Below, piece after piece: positions 19,387 to 29,110 of a stretch of DNA of 64,000 nt (positions within the stretch are counted from its first letter, which is position 1; each line of letters begins with the position of its first letter). Made by a program: the position numbers and the translations under genes. The notes beneath the pieces were generated by a model. It made no database searches. It was not told the origin of the DNA and saw only the letters and a list, made by a program, of their open reading frames with translations. The DNA comes from a virus. Lineage: Duplodnaviria > Caudoviricetes. The DNA lies in IMG/VR virus record IMGVR_UViG_3300043781_000069, positions 445 to 64,444 of that record, one strand, 5' to 3'.

Positions 19387-20703
19387 TTAGTCCCCTATCA
19401 AATCCTTCATTATTGCAAAGCTGTCTTCTTCTGCATTAGTAAAAGGTAACAAGTACACGTAAAAAGATGACTTTTGCCAATGATACTGCTGAATCGCCCT
19501 ATTTAACCGACCGATTGCTTGCTTCATGTCACTATTAATAGCTTGACAGCATCTCTCCTTTGCTTCTTCTTGTGTGCAGTCATCTAAATCTAATTTGGTT
19601 CTAAACTTATAGCCAATAAAGATCCCATACGATGCAATATCTTCAAAATCTGTTTCGGTTGGGGCCATTAGCTTAATAATGGCATTACTCTTATCTTCAC
19701 CAAATTGTGTCTGAAGAATAGAACTGTCCACTATATCGGTAGCCAGTACCATCTCATTGGACTGGTTATTATTAAAGTTTGATATCTTCTTTACTACATT
19801 ATTGATTGCATTCTCAAGATTATTGCTTAATTGCGATGCTCCAAGAATTAGTTGGGATTTCCCTTGGTCCCTTTTCAGATACATTCCCTCACTGTCGATT
19901 GTACGTTTATCTTTTGAAATTTCCGCTCTGGTATAGAGCTTAAGCGCGTTATCTTCATGCTCTAAAAAGATATATGCCAGTAATTCGCCAAGTAAGTTAT
20001 TTGGAATACCGCTTTTGGCATATCTTCTCAGTAAACTCGCTGCCTGTATACCTACAACAGCTGTTTTACTAACTCCACGAGCCACTGCGTAGTTAGCAAT
20101 ATTAGATGTCACTAAATTCTTTAGGTTTGTGTAGCTGAACGGTAACAATTCAGGCTTCAAAACAAAAGCATGGATTGCGTTTCTATTTTTAACCGCATCC
20201 ATTTTGCTAGTATTAACTTGACGAAAAACGGTTGCAAATGTCTTATCCGAAACAGTCTTTGTAAATATATCCTCATCCTCACTTTTGGTGGGGAATTTTT
20301 GTTTGCGTTTATTTTTTCTGTTTGCTGCTCTGTCAAACGTATCATAAAAAAGCTTAGCTAGTAATGCTGGTACTTTACCTCGATACACATCCGGTGAAAT
20401 TTCATCCTTCTTCAATTTCTTAGCAATCAAAGTTAATTGATCTGCACCAATTTTTCTGAAATATTCTTCCAGCGAAGATGTTTCTTTGTTTGTTAACTTA
20501 AGTATCTTTTTTGCCGCAGTCCTAGATATTCCCCCAGAAGCATATGTGTTCAATGTTGATGAAGCTGGTATAGGTGCAAACCGATTGTTTGATGCCCGCT
20601 TAATTATTAATCTAACTGTCTCTTCTACTGAAGTGTCTTCAGCATCAGGTAAATAAGGATTAACCAAATCTATTAAATAAGTGAAACTAGCTTCCTTTGC
20701 CAT
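19387..20703 (-). CDS. hamA: Hachiman HamA-like (DUF1837) protein with extra N-terminal domain
   Basis: LLGELLAYIFLEH..LKLY, YGIFIGY, FYVYLLPF; likely ATG 20703. Confidence 0.7.
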   Translation of the reverse strand: MAKEASFTYLIDLVNPYLPDAEDTSVEETVRLIIKRASNNRFAPIPASSTLNTYASGGISRTAAKKILKLTNKETSSLEEYFRKIGADQLTLIAKKLKKDEISPDVYRGKVPALLAKLFYDTFDRAANRKNKRKQKFPTKSEDEDIFTKTVSDKTFATVFRQVNTSKMDAVKNRNAIHAFVLKPELLPFSYTNLKNLVTSNIANYAVARGVSKTAVVGIQAASLLRRYAKSGIPNNLLGELLAYIFLEHEDNALKLYTRAEISKDKRTIDSEGMYLKRDQGKSQLILGASQLSNNLENAINNVVKKISNFNNNQSNEMVLATDIVDSSILQTQFGEDKSNAIIKLMAPTETDFEDIASYGIFIGYKFRTKLDLDDCTQEEAKERCCQAINSDMKQAIGRLNRAIQQYHWQKSSFYVYLLPFTNAEEDSFAIMKDLIGD

Positions 20704-20952
20704 TTTGCTTCCCAGCTTTTTTGGAGTTTTTCGGAGTTTCATATAAAAACTCGGAGGTGGATTTATGCCCATCTTGTTACTATTCAAATATCAGCTAAAG
20801 ATTAGTACTTAACAATAATAATTATACCAGACCAGCATTGTTTTCTCGGATAATTATTTTTACATTCGCACATATTTTTAGCTGATGAGCGTGGGATAAA
20901 TGATCAATATCCATTACTAGCATGCCATCCCAATTTAATAACACTCTGTGAC

Positions 20953-21075
20953 AAAGCCACTAGTAAGGCGCTGTTGCAGTACCCAAGCGATCTCTTCGTT
21001 TAGGTCTGTTTAACACACCCCTAGTGGCTTTTTGTGTACCTTCGATTCCTTCGCTTGGGCGATCCCAAGAGGAGG
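20953..21075 (+). promoter_or_regulatory. Structured leader (long hairpin plus alternative pairing) upstream of sigma-like gene
   Basis: AAGCCACTAG/CTAGTGGCTT stem with T-tail; CCCAAGCGA complementary to downstream TCGCTTGGG; conserved at 58400-58523. Confidence 0.6.
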
Positions 21076-21082
21076 AATTTTT

Positions 21083-21601
21083 ATGAAGTTTAATAATAGC
21101 GAGTACAAATTAGTCGGTGAACAAGATGACAAGCTAATTGTCCGTGTTAAGCATGTGGATAACCAAACTATTGAAGTTACAAAGACTCAGGGCAACATCA
21201 TCTTCGACTTTGACCATCAACAGTACAACTCCGATCATCGCAATGAGCGTCACCAAGATAAGTTTTTCAAGAATGATCCAACTAATCCAAATATGAATAT
21301 GATAGATACTCTGGCAGATCGAGGGTCTATTGAAGTCACCTCAATTTATGGTAAAGACAACCTGCTTAACCAAATCATCCAAAAAGAAGAACATCAAAGT
21401 CGGCAAATGTTAGCTGAACAATTACCGGCCGCCTTAGCTACTTTAACGGACAAACAAAAATACACTGTCACACAGTATTACTGCCACGGCATGAAGAAAA
21501 ATCAAATTGCTAAAGAGATGGGCATCAGCAAGGTCATGGCCGGTCGTCACGTTAAAGCCGCAATTAAAAAGCTGCGCCAGTTTTACGGCATTGAAAATTA
21601 A
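21083..21601 (+). CDS. Sigma70 region 4-like transcription regulator
   Basis: ALATLTDKQK..YY..GMKKNQIAKEMGIS..AIKKLR; GGAGG RBS before ATG 21083. Confidence 0.8.
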   Translation: MKFNNSEYKLVGEQDDKLIVRVKHVDNQTIEVTKTQGNIIFDFDHQQYNSDHRNERHQDKFFKNDPTNPNMNMIDTLADRGSIEVTSIYGKDNLLNQIIQKEEHQSRQMLAEQLPAALATLTDKQKYTVTQYYCHGMKKNQIAKEMGISKVMAGRHVKAAIKKLRQFYGIEN

Positions 21602-21624
21602 TTAGAAAAAAGTGGACCACAGTA

Positions 21625-21653
21625 GGTTCACTTTTTTGTTGTCTCTGGCAAAT
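21625..21653 (+). promoter_or_regulatory. Element-specific bipartite motif GGTTYACTT-N11-CTGGCWWAT (copy 1)
   Basis: Same motif and spacing at 25892, 40557, 59074, 63356. Confidence 0.6.
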
Positions 21654-21700
21654 AGGTGTGAGAAATGGCTCACCTAACTTAATGAAAGGAGCTAGCAAGA

Positions 21701-21904
21701 ATGGCTAACAAAGTATCAATCAGTGTTACCAATCATCACCGCCAAGATGGCGTCGTCAGCATGCGCAACGTTACAATCCGTGAACGACTGCTGCGTTTAC
21801 TACTTGGTCAACCTCACCATCTGATGGTGATTGCACCCGGTAAGGATGTTCAACATCTAGAGATTAACGAAGTAAAGGAGGATTCCTATGAGCGCAATGA
21901 ATGA
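21701..21904 (+). CDS. Small hypothetical protein
   Basis: AAAGGAG RBS; frameshifted homologue at 59148-59337. Confidence 0.7.
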   Translation: MANKVSISVTNHHRQDGVVSMRNVTIRERLLRLLLGQPHHLMVIAPGKDVQHLEINEVKEDSYERNE

Positions 21905-22205
21905 CCTCGATTTACAACTCAAGGAAGCTGAGAACCAGCTTGATCACACCCAGGAAACCATTCGGTCCATTCGCCAATTGTTATCAAGCAACGAAAATGA
22001 AGCTTCAAGTGATGATGAGCAACCAAAGCGTGACTCAATTGAAGACAAAGTAACGGTTCGCAAGATGCTGGCAAAGAAGAGTGCCGAAGGTTATACCGAC
22101 CAAGTGAAAGAATTGCTTCATAAATTTGGTGCGGAGAAACTCTCTGATGTGGATCCCAAGGATTACGAGGATCTTTACTACAGTGCGGAGGGATTAGGAC
22201 AATGA
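21888..22205 (+). CDS. Conserved phage hypothetical protein
   Basis: VRKMLAKKS..VKELLHKFGAEKLSDVDPKDY; homologue at 59334-59669. Confidence 0.75.
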   Translation: MSAMNDLDLQLKEAENQLDHTQETIRSIRQLLSSNENEASSDDEQPKRDSIEDKVTVRKMLAKKSAEGYTDQVKELLHKFGAEKLSDVDPKDYEDLYYSAEGLGQ

Positions 22206-23341
22206 GTTCACCAACCCACCACGCATTATTATCGGCTTCCAGTGCTCATCGTTGGCTAAGTGCTCCACCACTACCACGACTAGAGCAGTACTTTCCGCAC
22301 ACCACTTCAAACGCTGCCGCTGAAGGAACAGCTGCCCACGCACTAGGAGAATATAAGATCCATCGATTGCTCGGTGATAGGTTCAAGCGTCCAACCTCTG
22401 ATTATCAATCCGATGAAATGGAAAGTCTGACCGATGATTATGCCAGCTATGTCATGGAACAATATCAGGAAGCTAAGCAATACGCCAAAGATGCCACCAT
22501 TAGCGTGGAACAAAAGCTTGACTTTTCAAAATACGTCCCTGAGGGCTTCGGTACCGGCGACTGCGTGATCGTTTCTGATCACCTACTCCACATTATCGAC
22601 TTTAAGTATGGCAAAGGCGTCCAAGTGGAAGCGCAGAACAATCCTCAGATGAAACTTTATGCCGTTGGAGCATTAGAGATGTTCGGCAGTCTGTATAACG
22701 TCGACGAAGTTGAAGTCACCATTTTTCAACCTCGTATGGCCAATATCAGTACCTGGACCATTAACGTGCAAAAACTGATGCACTGGGCCAATACCGAACT
22801 GAAGGAAAAAGCAGAACTGGCTTTCGTCGGCAAAGGCACGGTGCGCTACGGTCCCTGGTGTCAGTTTTCTGTCTGCAATGCCGTGCTACGCGCCCGATTC
22901 GATTACCACCATAAACTTACCCGCTTCCAGCTACGATCCCCCAATTTGCTTACCGACGCGGAAGTTACTGAAGTACTAGAGCACATTGATGATCTAAACC
23001 GCTGGGCTCACGAAGTTAAAGACTATGCTGCCAACTTAGCCATTAACCATGGGAAACAGTGGCCCGGCTACAAAATCGTTGAAGGACGATCTGTTCGTCA
23101 TTATAAAGATGAAGCAGCTATAGCAAAAATTGCTGAAGAACACGGCTACCATGATATTTATCAAAAGAAGCTACTACCAATTACAAAACTAGAAAAACAG
23201 CTCGGTAAGAAGAAATTCACTGAACTGTTTAGTCAAGAAATTGTAAAACCTGCGGGTAAGCCAACCTTGGTGCCAAATTCTGATCGGCGTCAGAGTATTA
23301 GCAAATCTAGCCCAAAGGATGAATTTAAGGAGGAAAAATAA
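22202..23341 (+). CDS. DUF2800 Cas4-like PD-(D/E)xK exonuclease
   Basis: HALLSASS.HRW, EGTAAH, FGTGD, IIDFKYGKG, NPQMKLYA. Confidence 0.85.
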   Translation: MSSPTHHALLSASSAHRWLSAPPLPRLEQYFPHTTSNAAAEGTAAHALGEYKIHRLLGDRFKRPTSDYQSDEMESLTDDYASYVMEQYQEAKQYAKDATISVEQKLDFSKYVPEGFGTGDCVIVSDHLLHIIDFKYGKGVQVEAQNNPQMKLYAVGALEMFGSLYNVDEVEVTIFQPRMANISTWTINVQKLMHWANTELKEKAELAFVGKGTVRYGPWCQFSVCNAVLRARFDYHHKLTRFQLRSPNLLTDAEVTEVLEHIDDLNRWAHEVKDYAANLAINHGKQWPGYKIVEGRSVRHYKDEAAIAKIAEEHGYHDIYQKKLLPITKLEKQLGKKKFTELFSQEIVKPAGKPTLVPNSDRRQSISKSSPKDEFKEEK

Positions 23342-23342
23342 T

Positions 23343-23894
23343 ATGTCACAACAAACTAAAGTTGTTACTGGTATCAACACTCGTCTCTCTTATGCTAACG
23401 TCTGGGAACCAAAGTCTATCAATGGTGGTAAGGAAAAGTATTCAGTTAGTCTTATCATCCCTAAATCGGATAAGCCGACAATCAGCGCTATTGAGAAGGC
23501 CATTGATACCGCCATCCAAGAAGGTATTGGTAAGTTTGGTGGCAAGAAGCCAAACAAGGCCAATCTCAAGCTACCTCTTCGAGATGGAGATGTGGAACGT
23601 GATGATGTTGCCTACCAAGATAGTTACTTTATCAATGCTAATTCGATCACGGCACCACAGATTGTGGACAAGCATGTCCAACCAATCCTTAATCGTGATG
23701 AAGTTTACAGTGGCTGCTATGCCCGAGTATCGATTAACTTCTATGCTTTTAACACCAACGGTAACCGTGGAATTGCCTGTGGCCTGGGTAACATCCAAAA
23801 GATCCGTGATGGAGAACCACTAGGTGGACATGCTAGTGCCAGCGATGACTTCACAGCGATTGATGATAGCAATGACGATGATTTCTTAGCTTAA
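23343..23894 (+). CDS. DUF2815 ssDNA-binding protein (T7 gp2.5-like)
   Basis: RLSYANVWEP..KYSVSLIIPK..YSGCY..GLGNIQK; acidic C-tail DDDFLA. Confidence 0.85.
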   Translation: MSQQTKVVTGINTRLSYANVWEPKSINGGKEKYSVSLIIPKSDKPTISAIEKAIDTAIQEGIGKFGGKKPNKANLKLPLRDGDVERDDVAYQDSYFINANSITAPQIVDKHVQPILNRDEVYSGCYARVSINFYAFNTNGNRGIACGLGNIQKIRDGEPLGGHASASDDFTAIDDSNDDDFLA

Positions 23895-23949
23895 ACCAAA
23901 AGATGGGCAGTCGACTTTGACTACCCATTTTTTGTAGAAAGGATTCCTG

Positions 23950-25884
23950 ATGAAGCAAATTTCAATTGATATTGAAACTTATTCCGGCACTAACCTAAAT
24001 CAGACTGGAGTCTATCGTTATGCAGATAGTAAAGACTTTGAACTCCTGCTTTTTGGCTACGCTATCGACTTCGGTCCAGTAAAGGTTATAGACCTCACTC
24101 AGGGTGAATCAATTCCTCCTCAGGTTATTAAGGCGTTAGATGATCCTACTATTATTAAAAGTGCCTTTAACGCTCAATTTGAACGGGTCTGTCTGTCACG
24201 TTTCGTAAGCCACCGCTTAAAGCCTGCTGGTTGGCATTGCTCACGGGTATGGTCGGCTACCTTAGGACTACCCTTGTCGCTTCGTGATGTAGGTACCGTC
24301 TTAGGGCTACCACGACAAAAAATCACCGCAGGAAAAGAACTCGTTCGTTACTTCTGCACGCCTTGCAAACCGACCAAAGCTAATCAAAATCGTACTCGTA
24401 ACTTTCCATATCATGCCCCCGATAAGTGGCAGCAATTCAAGCAATACAATCAGCGTGACGTCGAGGTTGAAATGGAAATCACCCAAAAGCTCGAACGCTT
24501 TCCCGTCCCACAGAATGAATGGGAAAACTACTGGATGGATCAAGACATTAATGATTGCGGTATCCGGATTGATCAACAATTAGTCAACCAGGCCATCAAG
24601 TGTCAGGGGGAGTTTCACGACCAATACCTGAAAAAGTCTCAACAACTAACTGGTTTGGCTAATCCGAACTCGCCCCTGCAACTGAAAGAATGGCTTCAAC
24701 GGCAAGGTGTGAAAACTGACTCACTGTCTAAAGCGTCAGTAGCTCAGCTGCTAGAAACAACTACCGGCACGGTTCATCAAGTATTAGCTCTCCGTCAGTT
24801 ACTCTCCAAATCAAGTGTCAAAAAGTACCAGGCTATGCAAAAAACAATGTGCCAAGATGGACGCGTCCATGGACTCTTACAGTTCTATGGGGCAAATCGT
24901 ACCGGTCGCTGGGCCGGCAGATTAGTACAAGTTCAAAATCTCCCCCGTAATTCAATGCCCGACTTAGAAGAAGCGCGTGCGCTGGTCAAGCAAGGAAACA
25001 CAACGGCACTAGCAATGCTTTACGATTCGGTCCCAGAGGTCTTATCCCAGTTAATCCGGACTGCCTTTATTCCAAGTGAAGGTCATCATTTTTACGTTGC
25101 TGACTTTTCAGCTGTAGAAGCGCGGGTCATCGCCTGGCTTTCTGGTGAACAGTGGCGCCAAAAGGCCTTCGCTAATAACGAGGATATCTACTGTGCATCC
25201 GCTAGTCAGATGTTTGGTGTTCCAGTCGTGAAATACGGGATTAATGGTGAGCTCCGCCAAAAAGGCAAGATTGCTGAATTGGCGCTTGGCTATGGCGGTT
25301 CGATCGGCGCTCTAAAGGCCATGGGTGCTACCAAGTTAGGTTTGACAGAAGATGAACTGCCACCATTAGTTGAGATGTGGCGGCAGGCCAGCCCTCATAT
25401 TGTCCACTTCTGGTGGGACATTGATAAAGCGGCTAAAGTATGTATTAAAACTCGCCTTTCTCAAGAATCTCACGGTATGAAATTCACCTACCGTAGTGGT
25501 TGTATGTTTCTAAAATTACGTTCTGGTCGGTCTCTTTGTTATCCCCAACCTAAGATCGGCATTAACCGCTTTGGTAGTGAGTCCATTACTTTCATGGGCA
25601 TTAATACCGTCAAGAAATGGTCACGAATTGAAACCTATGGCGCTAAGCTAGTCGAAAACATCGTCCAGGCCACTAGTCGTGATCTCTTAGCTGAAGCTAT
25701 GTACCGTCTAGAAGCAGCCGGTAACCCAGTCGTAATGCACATTCATGACGAAGCCGTAATTGAAGCCCCAACTGGGCGGTCGCTCGACACAATAGTTAAG
25801 ATTATGACCGAAGTCCCTGACTGGGCTGATGGCTTGATCCTCAATGCTGCTGGCTTTGTCGGAGACTTCTACAAAAAAGATTAA
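23950..25884 (+). CDS. Phage family A DNA polymerase with 3'-5' exonuclease
   Basis: IDIETY, FNAQFER, TGRWAG, ADFSAVEAR, RQKGKIAELALGYGG, HIHDE. Confidence 0.92.
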   Translation: MKQISIDIETYSGTNLNQTGVYRYADSKDFELLLFGYAIDFGPVKVIDLTQGESIPPQVIKALDDPTIIKSAFNAQFERVCLSRFVSHRLKPAGWHCSRVWSATLGLPLSLRDVGTVLGLPRQKITAGKELVRYFCTPCKPTKANQNRTRNFPYHAPDKWQQFKQYNQRDVEVEMEITQKLERFPVPQNEWENYWMDQDINDCGIRIDQQLVNQAIKCQGEFHDQYLKKSQQLTGLANPNSPLQLKEWLQRQGVKTDSLSKASVAQLLETTTGTVHQVLALRQLLSKSSVKKYQAMQKTMCQDGRVHGLLQFYGANRTGRWAGRLVQVQNLPRNSMPDLEEARALVKQGNTTALAMLYDSVPEVLSQLIRTAFIPSEGHHFYVADFSAVEARVIAWLSGEQWRQKAFANNEDIYCASASQMFGVPVVKYGINGELRQKGKIAELALGYGGSIGALKAMGATKLGLTEDELPPLVEMWRQASPHIVHFWWDIDKAAKVCIKTRLSQESHGMKFTYRSGCMFLKLRSGRSLCYPQPKIGINRFGSESITFMGINTVKKWSRIETYGAKLVENIVQATSRDLLAEAMYRLEAAGNPVVMHIHDEAVIEAPTGRSLDTIVKIMTEVPDWADGLILNAAGFVGDFYKKD

Positions 25885-25891
25885 TTTTTAT

Positions 25892-25930
25892 GGTTTACTT
25901 CTCGCCCTCATCTGGCTTATCAGTGAGGGC
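25892..25930 (+). promoter_or_regulatory. Bipartite motif copy 2, embedded in hairpin
   Basis: GGTTTACTT-N11-CTGGCTTAT; GCCCTCA..TGAGGGC stem. Confidence 0.6.
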
Positions 25931-25970
25931 TTTTTTAGTCCCATAAATTATTAAGAAAGGATCTGAATCT

Positions 25971-26356
25971 ATGTCAGAAGCAACGCTAGCTATCGCCAAG
26001 CTACGTACCAATAAGCCTAATCCCAACTACCGACCGTTGATCTTCGTAGTCGCTCCCTTTGCGGAAGTAGTGAAAAAAGATCCAGTGATCGTTCATAAGG
26101 TGCAGTCTTACTGCCAATTTGTCTATCAACATGGCGGTATTCCCATTTGTCCACAGCTTTACCTACCTCAATTTATTAACCTGCACCATTCACAGGAATT
26201 TCAAGTAGCCACTTTATTAACATTGTGCTACTGACTAAATGCGCCGAAGCCTGGTCATTTGGTAAACCGACGCACGATATGTGCTACTTCATCCGCTTTG
26301 CCAAACGTAAAAATAAAAATATCCGCTACTTTAATAATGAAATGGAGGCCAACTAA
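25971..26356 (+). pseudogene. DUF4406-like (nucleoside deoxyribosyltransferase-fold) protein, frameshifted
   Basis: YRPLIFVVAPF..PICPQLYLPQF; intact homologue at 63433-63828. Confidence 0.65.
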
Positions 26357-26358
26357 AG

Positions 26359-28616
26359 ATGCATTTTACTTTATCGATGGCAGGTAATTCCGGTCAGGCT
26401 AGCAATACGATCTATCCTCATCAACAAGCTATTACTAATGCACAGGAATTAGAACAAGCTGTCCGCTATGACCATGTCTGCGGTCAATTTCAAAATAACC
26501 AACGCACCATTGCCAACTTCATCAAAGCCGATTGCCTAATTATGGATTGTGACAATGATCATTCTGACGATCCGACTACTTGGATCAACCCTGCAAACAT
26601 TGCTAACTATTTTGATGATGTTTCCTACGCCATTACTTTCTCACGAAACAATATGAAGGCTAAACATCACAAAGCTCCACGACCGAAGTTTCATATCTAC
26701 TTTCCAATTACTGAGATCACGAATGCTAAAACCTACGCCGAACTAAAACACGAAATCCAAGAATACTTTCCCTATTTTGATGACAATGCGCTTGATGCGG
26801 CCCGTTTTGTCTTTGGTGTGCCTAGTACTAAAGCCATCTGGCATGATGGTAGCCAAAATGTGGACCAGTTCATGGTGGCCCAACGTTACTTTGAACAACA
26901 AGGAGTGGGGGGCAATTCATGAAGGCCAACGTAATGCAACCCTCTCTCACTTTGCTGGTCGCATCATTATGCGCCTTGGCAATACTGCTGAAGCCCAGCA
27001 AGCATTTCAAGAGGAAGCTGCCAAGTGCGATCCGCCACTAAGCAAGCAGGAATTAAAAACTATTTGGAATAGTGCTATTAAATTTGGCCAGCGGATGGCA
27101 AGCCAAAAGGGATATATTCCACCCGAAGAATACAACCAGCCTAATGATGAATTACAGCCGGCTGACTACTCGGATACTGGTGAATCTTATGTCTTTGTCA
27201 ACAACTGCAAGAACCGAGTTTGCTACACCAATCAATCAGGATTCATGTGGTTCGATGGCAAGGTTTGGCAAGAGTCTGAACCCTTAGCTCTCGGTGAAGT
27301 CCAGCGCTTTACCGATAAACAATTGGCCGATGCTCAACTTCGAGTCACTCAAAGTTACCAAGCAATTCAGAACAATGGGGTCGCCAAGGCGCTTCAAACT
27401 ATGGGTAAAACTAAAGCTAGTCGGACTTTTAACGATGAACAACAGGCAGCGTTCAAGAATTACGAAAATGCTAAAGCTTACGAAGCCTTCATTCTCAAGG
27501 AACGCAGCACCCGTGGTATTAACGGGATCTTAACTAATTCTCGACCAAAGCTCGTCAAAGAGATTAATGATTTTGATGCTGATCCGTTTTTGTTGAACAC
27601 GCCCAACGGAGCTTTCAATTTAAAGAAAGGGATGCACGGTCAACAGGAAATTCAAGCTGATGAATTAATCACCAAATCCACATTCTGTGTTCCTGGTAAT
27701 CAAGGAGCTTCACTCTGGCAAGAAGCACTCACTACTTTCTTCTGTGGTGACCAAGCGTTGATTAATTACGTTCAAGAAATCGTGGGTTTGGTAGCAATCG
27801 GTCAGGTTTACTTAGAAGCCCTGATCATTGCTTATGGCAGCGGACGAAATGGTAAATCAACTTTCTGGAACACGATTGCCAATGTGCTCGGTACTTACAC
27901 CGGCCACCTCTCGGCCGATGCCTTAACGACTGGTGTCCATCGTAATGTGAAGCCAGAGATGGCCGAAGTCAAAGGCAAGCGGCTAATCATCTCCGCTGAA
28001 CTAGAAGAAGGTAAGCGACTGAACACTTCCATCGTCAAGCAACTCTGTTCAACTGATGAAATCTATGCCGAAAAGAAATACATGAAACCTTTCTCCTTTA
28101 CGCCCAGCCACACCATCGTGTTATACACCAATTACCTGCCCCACGTAGGTGGTAATGATGAAGGAATCTGGCGACGGTTAATTGTGATCCCCTTTAAAGC
28201 TACGATCGCTAAACGCAATGATATTAAGAATTACGCCCAGTACCTAACCGAAAAAGCTGGGCCGGCAGTCTTGCAGTGGATCATTGAAGGGCGCACAGCG
28301 AACCATTCAGCAAAATTACCGATTAACTACTCCGGCGGCAGTCGAAAAAGCGGTCAATGCTTACCACGCTGATAACGATTGGCTAGGACATTTTCTTAAT
28401 GAGAATTGTGAACTTGACCCCAGTTATGAGCAAAAGTCCGGTGACCTCTATCAAAAGTACCGTGAATACTGCCAAGGTATCGGTGAATATATCCGCAGCA
28501 CAACTGACTTTTACACGGCCCTCAAAAATGCTGGCTTTCAACGTCAACACAAACAAAACGGTCGTTTCATCAAGGGACTGCGATTAAAAGTTGAGGCTGA
28601 TGAATTCCTCAGTTGA
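26359..28616 (+). pseudogene. P4-family primase-helicase, two frameshifts (about 26908 and 28289)
   Basis: IMDCDN, PKFHIYFP, EGQRNATL, YGSGRNGKST (Walker A), GIWRRLIVIPF across three overlapping ORFs. Confidence 0.85.
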
Positions 28617-28790
28617 CTGTCATCGACTGTCACACTTTAAAACTCTAAAAGCTTGATACATCAGTGTTTACCAACCCTAATGACAGTCGTGACACTCTTT
28701 TACATTACTTGTATATAGGAATAAAAATAGAAAAAAAGAGTATAGAGAAGAGTAGTAAAACAACTGTCACGACCGTCATTAACCCTGACG
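28612..28790. other. Putative replication origin
   Basis: ACTGTCA/TGACAGT direct and inverted repeats flanking an A/T-rich tract just downstream of the primase. Confidence 0.55.
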
Positions 28791-28828
28791 AATCACCGAT
28801 ATATCAACGTTTAGGAAGGATTTTACAA

Positions 28829-29110
28829 ATGTTAGAAAAACAAATCGAAACTGCTTTTGTCAAAGCTACCCACCAACGTGGAGGTCTTTGCCTAAAGTTC
28901 ATCTCGCCATCTATGGCCGGAGTACCTGATCGATTGGTCCTCCTGCCTGATGGTCACATGGGCTTTGTGGAGATGAAGGCTCCTGGTAAACATCCCCGCC
29001 CGTTACAAGTGCAAAGACTCAACCAGTTAAAACAACTTGGTTTCCAAGTCTTTGTTTGTGACCAATTTGGACAGATTGGAGGAATGCTAGATGCAATACA
29101 AACCGCATGA
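28829..29110 (+). CDS. VRR-NUC domain nuclease
   Basis: LKFISPSMAGVPDRLVLLP..FVEMKAPG..RPLQ. Confidence 0.9.
   Translation: MLEKQIETAFVKATHQRGGLCLKFISPSMAGVPDRLVLLPDGHMGFVEMKAPGKHPRPLQVQRLNQLKQLGFQVFVCDQFGQIGGMLDAIQTA

Noticed and set aside
22202-23341. Cas4-like gene as sign of CRISPR-Cas or casposon
   Set aside because: No cas1/cas2 or repeat-spacer array seen; it sits in a standard phage exonuclease-SSB-PolA module, and the polymerase is family A, not B.
26900-26920. Programmed frameshift or phase variation at the G-run in the primase
   Set aside because: One of many similar indels; short run with no evident stimulatory structure; not separable from error or decay.
28664-28828. N-terminal extension of VRR-NUC ORF
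   Set aside because: Overlaps the origin-like repeats; RBS supports ATG 28829.
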